Shown here: in pieces, positions 18,369 to 28,436 of the stretch
Numbering within the stretch: the first letter of the stretch is position 1
Layout: every line of letters begins with the position of its first letter
Assembly: GCA_002314795.1 (NCBI GenBank)
Contig: DCHI01000045.1
Span: 3,795 to 67,794, forward strand
Reading direction: 5' to 3'
Length of the DNA: 64,000 bases
Origin: Bacteroidales bacterium UBA1756
GTDB lineage: Bacteria; Bacteroidota; Bacteroidia; Bacteroidales; WCHB1-69
Notes under the pieces: generated by a model
Databases searched by the model: none
What the model was told of the DNA's origin: nothing
The model's input: only the letters and a program-made list of their open reading frames with translations
Translations under genes and position numbers: made by a program

Positions 18369-21300
18369 ATGAAAAAACTCTTATTCACTTTTTGTCTTTT
18401 TGTCATTATGATGACAGGAATGACATTGTCCGCTCAGGTGCTGAGCGAGGATTTTGAAGGAGGAACCCTTCCTACCGGATGGACTCAGGAGTATGTGTCC
18501 GGCTCCCATAGCTGGGAGTTTTCTAACTCTATTTGTTCGTCTGTTTCTGCTCACGCGGGGCAGTATAGTGCCGCATTCAAGCACAGCAGTAGCGGAGATC
18601 AGACCAAACTTATTTCTCCACAAATGGATTTGACTTCTGTGTTGAATCCGCAGTTGAGTTTCTGGCACGTTCAGAAAGATTGGGGAGGTGACCAGGACGA
18701 ATTGCGTGTTTATTATCGGACCTCACCTACCGCTACGTGGACTTTATTAGTGGAATACATTGACAATATTCCTTCTTGGGTTTATGAAGAGATGCTTCTT
18801 CCGTCTCCTTCCGCTACCTATCAAATCGCTTTCGAAGGTTTAGATGATTATGGCTATAACATCGGTGTTGACGATATTATCGTTATGGCTGCGCCTACTT
18901 GTTTGAAACCTACCGATGTGACCGTTTCCAATATCACAACGACAACTGCTGAAATTTCTTGGACGTCCCATTCTTCGGAAACCGCTTGGACCATCAGTTA
19001 CAACGGCACTGAAATCCCCGTTACTACCAATCCCTATACCCTTACCGGATTGACATCTGCTACATCTTATACCGTTATGGTACGTGCTAATTGTTCTGCT
19101 ACCGACAGCTCTTTATGGAGCACGCCCCTCTCTTTTGCTACCGTGTGTGAAGCCAATACGACTTTCCCCTACGTTGAAGATTTTGAAAGCACTTCGTTTC
19201 CCCCGATTTGTTGGTCACAAAGCAGAACTGCTGTAGGAACAGGTTTATACGGAACGGACTACCCTGACGGTGCTTGGGCTCATTATACCAGTAGTATGGG
19301 CTCAAATTCCACCGGCAAAGCACAGTTGCGTGATACGCGTGCCGGCAGTATTCACCCACTTGTTACAACAGGTATGGATCTTACAAGTCCCAACGGTTAT
19401 TTGATGTCAATCGATGTCTATAGAAATACGTCAAGTAATCCCACAGAAGGTATTCGCATTTATGCCAGCAGTACTCCTGCGGTTGATGCTAATGCCGTAG
19501 AAATCGCGTTCATTAGTCGTGACTACACCGTGGCCTCCACCGTAAACCCCGATATTGTCGGTGCAGAAGCTACAACCGCTTGGTACACTTACGAACTCCC
19601 AGTTCCTATGACAGGACTTACCTACATCATTTTCCAAGGTGAATCACAATATGGTTCTGCTACCTATATGGATAATTTCCAGATTTTCGAAGCTCCTACC
19701 TGCTGGAAACCGACCGGCGTTACTGCATCTAACATCACAGCGAACACGGCTGTCATTAGCTGGCAAGCCAATACCGGCGAAACCGAATGGGAACTTGATG
19801 TGAATGGGGATCGTCAGGTTGTGAATAGCAATCCTTTCACCTTGACTGGTTTGAATGCTAATTTCCAATATCAAGTTGGCGTGCGCGCCGTCTGTTCCTC
19901 AACTGATTCCTCCTTCTGGTCAGTTCCAGCATCATTTACAACCTTGTGTGATGCTTTGACCATTACATCGACTACCCCATACGAAGATAATTTTGATGCA
20001 TACGCAGGCGTTAGCTATTCTTCTTCTAATGGTGTTATTCCAGATTGCTGGACTACGCTGTTCACTGGAACTTCGACTTCTTATTATCCGCACGTTTGTA
20101 CTTCCAACAGCTATGTTCCGACAAGCGGAAGCCAAGCGATGTTTATGTGCGCATACAATAGCACCACATACGGTCCTCGCACTTATGCCGTTTTGCCGGC
20201 CTTTACCAATGAATTGAATACGTTGCAAATCTCTTTTGCGTATTCACATTATGCATCTTCTTCATACAGCAAACTTTATGTCGGTTATATGACGGATGCA
20301 ACTGATTCCAACACGTTTGTCGCTTTGGCCGAAGTTCCTCACGCCTACTATTATACCAATCGTTACAATTTCTTCGAATACAATATTACGGAAACCAATA
20401 TTCCCACTGGCGCTCGTTTGGCTTTGAGAACTGTAAACAACAACCAATACTCTGATTATACATTTATTGATGACCTCCGTGTTCGTATTCAACCCACCTG
20501 TATCCGTCCGACTAATGTTGCCGTAGTTCGCATCGATTCAACTGAAGCTGATTTTTCTTGGACACCTTCAGGCAATGAAACCGAATGGGAAATTCAATAT
20601 GATACCACTGGATTTACGCTCGGCACTGGAACGACTATCGTTTCCAATGCCATTCCGGCAACGATTACAGGTTTGGTTTACGGGAGTAGCTATGATGTAT
20701 ATGTACGTGCAATGTGTTCTGCTACGGACTCATCCGATTGGACTCTTGTAACTCATTTTACTGTAAGTGCTTGTACTCCAGCTCCTTCTTCCGTGGACAA
20801 CAATGGTATTACGAACGTTACCTTCGGCCAAATGCAGATTGTAAACAACACTACCCATCCGCATACATCTCCCTACTACGGCGACTATACAGCCCAAGTG
20901 GGTGACGGTGCAGCCGCAACGGAACTTACGGTTGACATCACCTTTGCGACGAACTTTACTTACGGTACTGTGATTTGGGTGAACTGGAACAATGACTTGG
21001 CCTTTACCGATGATGAGGTCGTTTATACGGGAGAATCACAAAGTGACAATCCGACAACTTTGTCCTGCACGTTTGAAATTCCTGCCAATATTCCCGTTGG
21101 AACTTATAGAATGCGTATCGGTGCTGCGGACAGCGGTTTGGATGGACAAATTGCTGCGGGCAGCGGATACACGCCTTGTTATAGTGGCTATTATGGCGTT
21201 TTTGAAGACTATACGCTCGAAGTAACTCCCACCCCGACCTGTATCGCGCCCAACCAGATTACTTTTGATACCGTTGCCGCTGATTTCGCTATCGTTGACT

Positions 21301-24089
21301 GGAATGCAAGAGGCGAAGAAACCACTTGGGAAATTGAATACAACGGCGTTCGTGAAGTGGTTTACGAACACCCCTACACCATCACTAACTTGAATCCAGC
21401 TACCGACTACACTTTCCGTGTTCGCGCTCTTTGTTCTGCTACCGATTCCTCTTATTGGACAAGCAGCTCTTTCACTACGGAATGTGCAACCATCTATATT
21501 ACTTCAACCAACTCTTATACCCAAGATTTTGAAGGCACCGTTTTCCCGCCTCGTTGCTGGAATACTGTTCATACAGCAGGTTCTTCCTCTTATGTGTGGC
21601 AAATGAGTTCATACGAAAGTCATAGCGGTACTCAGAGCGCTTACTTGCCGGACCAGTCGGTTGGTAACCGTACCGATTTGATTACTTGCGAATTTAATAT
21701 TCCTACGCCGAATGCTTACCAAATTCGTTGGTGGCAATATCGTAGCGAGTATTATTCTGTAAAACCGAATGAAGGTGTGAAGATTTGGGTGAATACGACT
21801 CCTGATACAGTTGGTGGCACAGTGCTTGAATACGTCCATCGTGAATATACGTTGTCTCCTGCTGAAAATGCCGAAGGTTGGTATGAATACGAGGCCGTTA
21901 TTCCGACTTCGGGTAATGTCTATTTTATCTTCCAAGGTATTAGTGAATATGGTAGTGGTTCCTACATTGACGATGTTACGGTTGAAATCGCTCCTACCTG
22001 TTTGAAAGTCCGCAACATCGCAGCTTCACAAATTACCAGCAGCAGTGCCGTAATCAGCTGGCTTGCGCAAGATCCTACTCAAAACCTTTGGGAAATCGCT
22101 CTCGATAGCAATACAACCGTTATTGCCAACAGTAATCCTTTCACCTTGACCGGTTTGATGGAAAATACAGATTACGTCATCAATGTTCGTGCTATCTGCA
22201 GTGCAACGGATACTTCCTTCTGGGCTAATACCCCTTGCTCTTTCACTACCGATTGTAATCCAATGACGTTAACCGACTCCATCTTCTATTATGATGATTT
22301 TGAAAGCTATACGGCAAGTACCAGTATCTCAGACGCTAATGCGGAAATTCCTGACTGCTGGGATTTCAACTATAGAGGTAGCACAGCAGGTTATGCTCCG
22401 CACGTTTATCAAAGTTCATCCTATACTGGAAACTCCAAGGCGTTGATTATGACGACTGGTAATAGTGCTACTTATGGTTACAATGTCTATTCTGCTCTTC
22501 CCGAATTTACCAATGCCGCCAATGATTTGGAATTGGATTTCGATGTTTGTATGAGCAGTTCTACCTACCACAATCTTTCTTTAGGTTATATGACGGACTA
22601 TACCGATGACTCCTCTTTCGTGGCATTGGAAACTTTCCCCATTTCCTACTATACAAATGGTTTCCAACATTATGAAATCTTTATTTCTGACTACAATGCC
22701 ACTATTCCGGCAGGTGCTCGCTTGGCATTCCGTTGGAGCGGAACTTCATCATCTTCCTACTATGTTTTTATTGATAATGTCCGCGTAAGAATTGCTCCTA
22801 CTTGCCGTCGTCCGCAGAATGTTACGGTTTCCAATATCGGAATGAACGATGTCACCATTACTTGGACTCCTGGTTTGGATGAAACACAATGGGAAGTCAC
22901 TGTCGGTAATGCTGTTGATACGTTGGTTAATGATACAACCGTTACAATTACCGGTTTAATGGCAACGACACATTATGCTGTTCTGGTCCGTTCTATCTGT
23001 TCTGCAACCGATATGTCCGATTGGACTGACTCCGTTGACTTTATGACTTTGTGCGATGGAATTACCATCACTCGCGAAGAACCCTATTTGGAAGATTTCT
23101 CAAGCTATACTGCTACAACGTCTATTAGCACTTTTGGTGAACAACCTGACTGCTGGGACTTCATTTATTCGGGCACTTCTGCCGGTTATGCTCCGCACGT
23201 TTACCAAGGCACCTATTCTCCTAATGCAGACAATGCTTTGGTAATGACTTCCGGTAGTTCAAGTTATGGAACGAACACCTTTGCGATTCTTCCTCTTTAT
23301 ACCAATGAATTGAATACGTTGGATATCTCTTTCAAGGTAAAGATGGAAAGCGCTTCTTATGGTACGCTCTATTTGGGTTATATGACCGACATTACAGATG
23401 CTACTACCTTTGTTCAGTTGGAACAAGTTCCGAGTGCAACAACTGGAACGGATTACGAATACTCACTTGCTACGCAAACCTTCCCCGCAAATGCTCGCTT
23501 GGCATTCAAATGGAGTTACACTTCTTCATACTATAGTGTTGGTATTGATGACGTTATGGTCTTCTTGGGCTGTGAAGCTCCTACCGATGTGGAAGTGGAT
23601 GAAAACAACACGGTTACTTGGGACGGCGGTGATGCTGCCGGATGGAACCTGATGTACATTGTCAATGGTGACAGTACGACAGTTCACGCTCCAAATACGA
23701 TTTACACATTAACGAATCTTCCCGATAATGCCGATGTTACCGTAATGGTACAATCCATTTGTGATCCTCTTCACGTGAGCCCGTGGTCAGAACCTGTCAC
23801 CTTCCATACCCCAGGTGATACTACCGGTGTCGCTTCCTACACACAAGTCGTTGCCAACGTCTATCCGAATCCGACAACCGGCATCGTTACCATCCAGTTG
23901 ACTAACAACGAACAGGTAATGAATGGCAATATCCAGATTTGTGACATCTATGGCAGATTGTTGATGGACAGCAAGATTCAAACGGCTCGCTTCGACCTCG
24001 ATCTGAGCAGCTATGCTCCGGGCGTCTATATGCTCCGCATCGTGAATGCCAATGCCGTCCTCTCCAATGTGAAGGTGGTTAAAGAATAA
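18369..24089 (+). CDS. giant T9SS-secreted modular surface protein (choice-of-anchor-J-like + Fn3 modules + GEVED-like domain)
   Basis: 1906 aa with a signal peptide. Contains seven or more Cys-bracketed Fn3 modules of the same type as the upstream gene. They alternate with jelly-roll-like modules ending F/YIDD. C-terminal sorting domain. Confidence 0.85.
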   Translation: MKKLLFTFCLFVIMMTGMTLSAQVLSEDFEGGTLPTGWTQEYVSGSHSWEFSNSICSSVSAHAGQYSAAFKHSSSGDQTKLISPQMDLTSVLNPQLSFWHVQKDWGGDQDELRVYYRTSPTATWTLLVEYIDNIPSWVYEEMLLPSPSATYQIAFEGLDDYGYNIGVDDIIVMAAPTCLKPTDVTVSNITTTTAEISWTSHSSETAWTISYNGTEIPVTTNPYTLTGLTSATSYTVMVRANCSATDSSLWSTPLSFATVCEANTTFPYVEDFESTSFPPICWSQSRTAVGTGLYGTDYPDGAWAHYTSSMGSNSTGKAQLRDTRAGSIHPLVTTGMDLTSPNGYLMSIDVYRNTSSNPTEGIRIYASSTPAVDANAVEIAFISRDYTVASTVNPDIVGAEATTAWYTYELPVPMTGLTYIIFQGESQYGSATYMDNFQIFEAPTCWKPTGVTASNITANTAVISWQANTGETEWELDVNGDRQVVNSNPFTLTGLNANFQYQVGVRAVCSSTDSSFWSVPASFTTLCDALTITSTTPYEDNFDAYAGVSYSSSNGVIPDCWTTLFTGTSTSYYPHVCTSNSYVPTSGSQAMFMCAYNSTTYGPRTYAVLPAFTNELNTLQISFAYSHYASSSYSKLYVGYMTDATDSNTFVALAEVPHAYYYTNRYNFFEYNITETNIPTGARLALRTVNNNQYSDYTFIDDLRVRIQPTCIRPTNVAVVRIDSTEADFSWTPSGNETEWEIQYDTTGFTLGTGTTIVSNAIPATITGLVYGSSYDVYVRAMCSATDSSDWTLVTHFTVSACTPAPSSVDNNGITNVTFGQMQIVNNTTHPHTSPYYGDYTAQVGDGAAATELTVDITFATNFTYGTVIWVNWNNDLAFTDDEVVYTGESQSDNPTTLSCTFEIPANIPVGTYRMRIGAADSGLDGQIAAGSGYTPCYSGYYGVFEDYTLEVTPTPTCIAPNQITFDTVAADFAIVDWNARGEETTWEIEYNGVREVVYEHPYTITNLNPATDYTFRVRALCSATDSSYWTSSSFTTECATIYITSTNSYTQDFEGTVFPPRCWNTVHTAGSSSYVWQMSSYESHSGTQSAYLPDQSVGNRTDLITCEFNIPTPNAYQIRWWQYRSEYYSVKPNEGVKIWVNTTPDTVGGTVLEYVHREYTLSPAENAEGWYEYEAVIPTSGNVYFIFQGISEYGSGSYIDDVTVEIAPTCLKVRNIAASQITSSSAVISWLAQDPTQNLWEIALDSNTTVIANSNPFTLTGLMENTDYVINVRAICSATDTSFWANTPCSFTTDCNPMTLTDSIFYYDDFESYTASTSISDANAEIPDCWDFNYRGSTAGYAPHVYQSSSYTGNSKALIMTTGNSATYGYNVYSALPEFTNAANDLELDFDVCMSSSTYHNLSLGYMTDYTDDSSFVALETFPISYYTNGFQHYEIFISDYNATIPAGARLAFRWSGTSSSSYYVFIDNVRVRIAPTCRRPQNVTVSNIGMNDVTITWTPGLDETQWEVTVGNAVDTLVNDTTVTITGLMATTHYAVLVRSICSATDMSDWTDSVDFMTLCDGITITREEPYLEDFSSYTATTSISTFGEQPDCWDFIYSGTSAGYAPHVYQGTYSPNADNALVMTSGSSSYGTNTFAILPLYTNELNTLDISFKVKMESASYGTLYLGYMTDITDATTFVQLEQVPSATTGTDYEYSLATQTFPANARLAFKWSYTSSYYSVGIDDVMVFLGCEAPTDVEVDENNTVTWDGGDAAGWNLMYIVNGDSTTVHAPNTIYTLTNLPDNADVTVMVQSICDPLHVSPWSEPVTFHTPGDTTGVASYTQVVANVYPNPTTGIVTIQLTNNEQVMNGNIQICDIYGRLLMDSKIQTARFDLDLSSYAPGVYMLRIVNANAVLSNVKVVKE
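18894..19148 (+). repeat. Fn3 module copy (gene 2), paralogous to the modules in gene 1
   Basis: PTCLKPTDVTVSNITTTTAEISW..TNPYTLTGLTSATSYTVMVRANCSATDSSLWS..VC. Confidence 0.7.
20769..21228 (+). other. GEVED-like domain inside the giant protein
   Basis: The segment ends in GVFEDYTLEV, matching the GEVED-domain signature (G.[VF]EDY). It is preceded by VGTYRMRIG. Confidence 0.55.
23826..24086 (+). other. T9SS C-terminal sorting domain
   Basis: VYPNPTTGIVTIQL....IQICDIYGRLL....LDLSSYAPGVYMLRI....NVKVVKE. Confidence 0.85.
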
Positions 24090-24110
24090 TTCCTAATCTA
24101 TTTAATACCC

Positions 24111-24143
24111 AAGTCCTCCTCTTTCCGAGGGGGACTTTTTTTA
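24111..24143 (+). terminator. rho-independent terminator
   Basis: Stem AGTCCTCCTC/GAGGGGGACT (one G-U pair) followed by a T7 run. Confidence 0.8.
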
Positions 24144-24168
24144 TATATAGAAATCTATATCTCACTGA

Positions 24169-24214
24169 TTACAAGAACTTTACAAACTTTACAAACTTTA
24201 CAAACCTTACAAAC
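24169..24214. repeat. 9-bp array in reverse orientation (TTTACAAAC) x5
   Basis: Units at 24179, 24188, 24197 and 24206, plus a degenerate first unit. Ends 8 nt before the aspC -7 box. Confidence 0.9.
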
Positions 24215-24222
24215 TAAATTCG

Positions 24223-24230
24223 TATCTTTG
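24223..24230 (+). promoter_or_regulatory. -7 promoter box (TATCTTTG) for aspC
   Basis: Matches TAnnTTTG, 46 nt upstream of the ATG and immediately downstream of the repeat array. Confidence 0.55.
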
Positions 24231-24275
24231 CCGCTTTGAAAATTCTATTAATAATTAATATAAAAAACTGTAACT

Positions 24276-25508
24276 ATGGAACTTATATCAAGTAGAGTGA
24301 GCAATATGGCTCAGTCGGAGACACTTGCTATGACGCAGGTCGCCCGTGAATTGAAAGAAGCTGGTAAAGACGTCATTAGCTTGAGTATCGGCGAACCCGA
24401 TTTCAACACTCCCGAAGTTGTCAAGGAAGCTGCCAAGCAGGCCATTGATGAAAACTGGACCCACTATCCGCCCGTCCCCGGTTATCCGGAACTTAAAAAG
24501 GCCATCTGCGCCAAATTCAAAAGAGACAACAATTTGGATTACACCCCCGAACAAATCATCGTTTCTACGGGTGCAAAACAGTCTATCTACCAAGTTATTA
24601 TGGCATTGGTAAACCCGGGCGAAGAAGTTATCATCCCGGCTCCGTTTTGGGTAACCTACAAAGCCATCGTCCAGTTGGCAGAAGGCAAGTCCGTCTATAT
24701 CCAAACCAAGATTGAAAACGACTTTAAAGTGACGCCGGAACAGCTCCGTGCCGCCATCACCCCCAAAACTAAAATGATGATTTTCAGCAGTCCGTCCAAC
24801 CCGACCGGAATGCTCTATTCCCGTGACGAACTGAAAGCCCTCGCCGAAGTTCTTCGCGAATTTCCGAACATTGTCGTAGTTGCCGATGAAATCTACGAAC
24901 ACATCAATTTTGAAGGCAAACACGAAAGTATGGCCCAATTCGATTGGATGAAGGAACGCACCGTCACGGTTAATGGTGTGGCCAAAGGTTTCGCTATGAC
25001 TGGCTGGCGTATCGGTTTCATCGGTGCTCCACTCGCTATTGCAAAGGCCTGCAATAAGTTACAAGGGCAGGTAACTTCTGCCACCTGCTCCATCGCACAA
25101 CGCGCCACCATCAAGGCAATGGAAATGGATCCGACTACTTCCGAAGATATCATCAATATGCGCAACATTTTTATGAAACGTCGCGATATGGTTTACGAAC
25201 TTCTTCAACAGGTTCCCGGTTTCAAGGTCCGTTTGCCGAAGGGGGCTTTCTACTTCTTCCCCGAAGTTTGCAGCTTGTATGGCAAGAATGCTCCCGCCGA
25301 TTCAGTCTTTGCTGAAAAATATGGCAAAACCGCCATTGAAAACTCCACCGATTTGTGTATGTATCTCTTGTATGATGCCAATGTTGCTCTGGTACAAGGT
25401 GTTGCTTTCGGTGATGACCGTTGCATCCGCCTTTCATACGCTACGTCCGAAGACAAGCTGAAAGAAGCCGTCAGACGTATCAAAGTAGCTGTTGAAAATT
25501 TAAAATAG
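24276..25508 (+). CDS. aspC: pyridoxal-phosphate-dependent aminotransferase (aspartate aminotransferase class I)
   Basis: SIGEPDF, PSNPTG and the PLP-lysine region NGVAKGFAMTGWRIG. 410 aa. Confidence 0.88.
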   Translation: MELISSRVSNMAQSETLAMTQVARELKEAGKDVISLSIGEPDFNTPEVVKEAAKQAIDENWTHYPPVPGYPELKKAICAKFKRDNNLDYTPEQIIVSTGAKQSIYQVIMALVNPGEEVIIPAPFWVTYKAIVQLAEGKSVYIQTKIENDFKVTPEQLRAAITPKTKMMIFSSPSNPTGMLYSRDELKALAEVLREFPNIVVVADEIYEHINFEGKHESMAQFDWMKERTVTVNGVAKGFAMTGWRIGFIGAPLAIAKACNKLQGQVTSATCSIAQRATIKAMEMDPTTSEDIINMRNIFMKRRDMVYELLQQVPGFKVRLPKGAFYFFPEVCSLYGKNAPADSVFAEKYGKTAIENSTDLCMYLLYDANVALVQGVAFGDDRCIRLSYATSEDKLKEAVRRIKVAVENLK

Positions 25509-25516
25509 TATCATTC

Positions 25517-25552
25517 GGGGAAGTTGGAATAAAAATCCGACTTCCCCTTTTC
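25517..25552 (+). terminator. rho-independent terminator after aspC
   Basis: Stem GGGGAAGT..ACTTCCCC followed by TTTT. Confidence 0.7.
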
Positions 25553-25560
25553 CAAAATAG

Positions 25561-26307
25561 ATGGAACGCCAGATTTCCGGCACGGTTTATTTCGCATCAG
25601 ATTTTCATCTCGGAGTCCCCGATAGGGAAAGTAGTATCCAACGGGAAGAGGCCATCGTGCGTTGGTTGGACCAGATTTCTGCGGACGCCAATCACCTTTT
25701 TTTATTGGGTGATATCTTTGATTTTTGGTTCGAATATCGCGATGTCGTGCCCAAAGGTTATTTTACTTTCTTTTCTAAATTATTGGAAATAAAGAAGAAA
25801 GGAATTAAAATATACTTTTTTACTGGCAATCACGATATGTGGGTCGGACGTTATCTCGTGGACGAAATCGGAATGGAGGTGTTTCGTTCACAGCAAGTCT
25901 TCGTCATCAATGGAAAACGCTGTGTCATCGGGCACGGCGACGGCCTCGACCCGCACGACCGCGGCTATTTGCTCATCAAGCGAATTTTCGCCTTTCGCCC
26001 CAACATCCTTTTGTATGGGGCTCTTCCTCCCCGCTGGGCGTTCGGTATCGCCCGCTTCTGCTCCCACAGCAGCAGAAAAAAAACACAACAACAGGAATTT
26101 CACCGTTTTGACGAGGACATTATGGTGAAATATATCCGTGAGTATTTACGGCACGAAAAAGCCGACTTTTTCATTTATGGACATCGCCATCTGCCACTTC
26201 AAATCCCCGTAGAATCGGCCACCTATTTCAATACCGGTGATTGGCTTTCCCATAATTCGTATTTACGAATTTCCCCGGATTCGTTTCAACTGTTTCAAGG
26301 GAACTAA
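25561..26307 (+). CDS. lpxH: UDP-2,3-diacylglucosamine diphosphatase-like metallophosphoesterase (LpxH family)
   Basis: Calcineurin-like motifs SDFHLG, GDIFDFW, GNHD and GHGD. Size of 248 aa is typical of LpxH. Confidence 0.75.
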   Translation: MERQISGTVYFASDFHLGVPDRESSIQREEAIVRWLDQISADANHLFLLGDIFDFWFEYRDVVPKGYFTFFSKLLEIKKKGIKIYFFTGNHDMWVGRYLVDEIGMEVFRSQQVFVINGKRCVIGHGDGLDPHDRGYLLIKRIFAFRPNILLYGALPPRWAFGIARFCSHSSRKKTQQQEFHRFDEDIMVKYIREYLRHEKADFFIYGHRHLPLQIPVESATYFNTGDWLSHNSYLRISPDSFQLFQGN

Positions 26308-26324
26308 AACAGACTTTTTTATCA

Positions 26325-28436
26325 ATGAAGAAATTCACCAACCTTCTCTTCTTTTTTTGTTTAACAATCGCAGGCACCGTATCTGCTCAAAACGTCCCCG
26401 CCGAAATGCTCATCCGTTTGGGAACTGTAGCTTATCAGCAACGTACTCCAAATGAAATGCTTCCTACGGTGAAGCACACCGATTTTTTGACGGACAATGG
26501 CGACACGCTGATGGCTTTGCTCCATTTTGACAATGGCGGTTTTATATTGATGAGTGCAGAGGCCGCCGTCACTCCCGTCCTGGGCTATTCGTTCACCGAC
26601 GATCTTCTTTTGGATGATATGGCCCCTTCTTTGCAGAATTGGTTGAATGATTATAAGATACAAATTAAACAAGTTCGGGAAAAGAATCTCGTTCCGACAA
26701 CAGAAACGGAGGCCGAATGGCAGGCTCTCTTTCAGACGACAAAGAATTCTCGCTCGGTTGTCGTAGGCCCTTTGATTGTGGCCAAATGGAACCAGTCGCA
26801 GTATTATAACGATTTGTGTCCTGCTGACGAGGACTCACCGTATGGCTACGGAGGACACGTCCCTTGCGGCTGTGTTGCTTTGGCTATGGCGATGGTTATT
26901 CATTACTATCGCTATCCTGTCTCTGGACAAAGTTCCCACAGTTACTATTCCAATTATGGATATCATAGCGTGGTATTTGGAATGCAGGCGTATAATTATG
27001 AAGCAATGCCCTATAACTTGACGCGCCGATGCAACGAGGTCGCCCGCTTGATTTACCATTGCGGCGTGGCTGTTGATATGGGTTATGCGGCAGATGGTTC
27101 AGGAGCGCAAACGGAAGATACGAAGGACGCCTTGAAAAACTATTATAAGTATGATAATGAAATTTCATTTACCCATCGTAATGGCTGGGGCGGCAATTAT
27201 TCAGATAGTCAATGGATTGCTCTTCTGAAATCTGATTTAAATCAAAATCGTCCCATCATCCATTCTGGCTGTTCAGAGGATGGATGTCACGCTTTCTTGT
27301 GTGACGGCTACGATAGCGACAATCTTTTCCATTTCAACTGGGGATGGGGAGGTAGTGGAAATGGTTATTTTTCAATCAATAATCTGCACTCTGGCAATGG
27401 CGACTTTAATTACGACCATAGAATCGTTTACAAGATTCATCCTCCAGCGAATACCTATCCTACCTATTGTCAAAGTAAAACCATTACTAATACCTACGGC
27501 TCCATTGAGGATGGAAGCGGACATTTGGATTATTTGAACAATACCGATTGTACCTACGTTATTGCTCCGACCAATGGTAAAAGTGTGACGGTGACGATGG
27601 TGGATTTGCATACCGAAGAAAATGCGGATTTTGTCAATGTTTATGACGGAGATCCTGAAAATGGAGGTAATTTACTGCACTCATTTTCGGGAACGACATT
27701 CAATCCTTCCGAAAGTTTTTATTCTCCGACCGGTGTGGCTTACATCACGTTCCATACGAACGGTGCCACCGTGGATCAAGGTTGGCGCCTCCGATTCACT
27801 GCCAAAAGAAACGTTCAGTGCAATACCAATAAAACGTTCACCACGGCCACGGGCAGTTTTACAGACGGCAGCGGTGACGAAGAATATGCTTCGGACGCCT
27901 CCTGCTCTTGGAAAATTGCTCCGACCAACGCTACCTACGTGAATCTGAATTTCACCCAGTTTGATTTGAGCCCCGAAGATTACGTTACCATCTACAAGGG
28001 ATCTTCATTGTCCGCCTTGACCGAGGTAGGTACTTATACGGGTTCATCATTGCCCTCCGCCGTTCACAGCACCGGTGCCATCAAAGTTGTTTTCTCCAGT
28101 GACAACTACCTTCAGCGTGCGGGCTTTGCCGCCAATTGGACGTCCGACGGTACCGAAATCGAAGACCCCGAAGCCGTCGCTTCCTACGAAAATGTTGAAT
28201 TTGACTTGTTCCCAAATCCGGCCAATACTTCCGTGGAACTGGTCCTTCCGGCGCAGTTCAAAAACGGGCACCTTCGTCTGACCGATATGACCGGTCGTGT
28301 CGTGTCCGACCGTGAAATCACCAACGAGGCCGGTTCTGCCATCATCTCTATCTCTGAAATCCCTTCAGGAATTTATTTGGTTACGTTGTTTAACCAAAAA
28401 TATATTTCTTCTAAAAAATTGATTATCAAACACTAA
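26325..28436 (+). CDS. T9SS-secreted C10-family (streptopain-like) cysteine peptidase with two CUB-like domains
   Basis: Signal peptide. WNQSQYYNDLCP and catalytic-Cys region PCGCVALAMAMVIHYY. His region GCHAFLCDGYD and NWGWGG. Two ~115-aa CUB-like repeats (GS..DGSG...Y.N...C.W.I.P). C-terminal sorting domain. Confidence 0.85.
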   Translation: MKKFTNLLFFFCLTIAGTVSAQNVPAEMLIRLGTVAYQQRTPNEMLPTVKHTDFLTDNGDTLMALLHFDNGGFILMSAEAAVTPVLGYSFTDDLLLDDMAPSLQNWLNDYKIQIKQVREKNLVPTTETEAEWQALFQTTKNSRSVVVGPLIVAKWNQSQYYNDLCPADEDSPYGYGGHVPCGCVALAMAMVIHYYRYPVSGQSSHSYYSNYGYHSVVFGMQAYNYEAMPYNLTRRCNEVARLIYHCGVAVDMGYAADGSGAQTEDTKDALKNYYKYDNEISFTHRNGWGGNYSDSQWIALLKSDLNQNRPIIHSGCSEDGCHAFLCDGYDSDNLFHFNWGWGGSGNGYFSINNLHSGNGDFNYDHRIVYKIHPPANTYPTYCQSKTITNTYGSIEDGSGHLDYLNNTDCTYVIAPTNGKSVTVTMVDLHTEENADFVNVYDGDPENGGNLLHSFSGTTFNPSESFYSPTGVAYITFHTNGATVDQGWRLRFTAKRNVQCNTNKTFTTATGSFTDGSGDEEYASDASCSWKIAPTNATYVNLNFTQFDLSPEDYVTIYKGSSLSALTEVGTYTGSSLPSAVHSTGAIKVVFSSDNYLQRAGFAANWTSDGTEIEDPEAVASYENVEFDLFPNPANTSVELVLPAQFKNGHLRLTDMTGRVVSDREITNEAGSAIISISEIPSGIYLVTLFNQKYISSKKLIIKH
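28176..28433 (+). other. T9SS C-terminal sorting domain of the C10 peptidase
   Basis: FDLFPNPANTSVELVL....LRLTDMTGRVV....ISISEIPSGIYLVTL....KKLIIKH. Confidence 0.8.
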
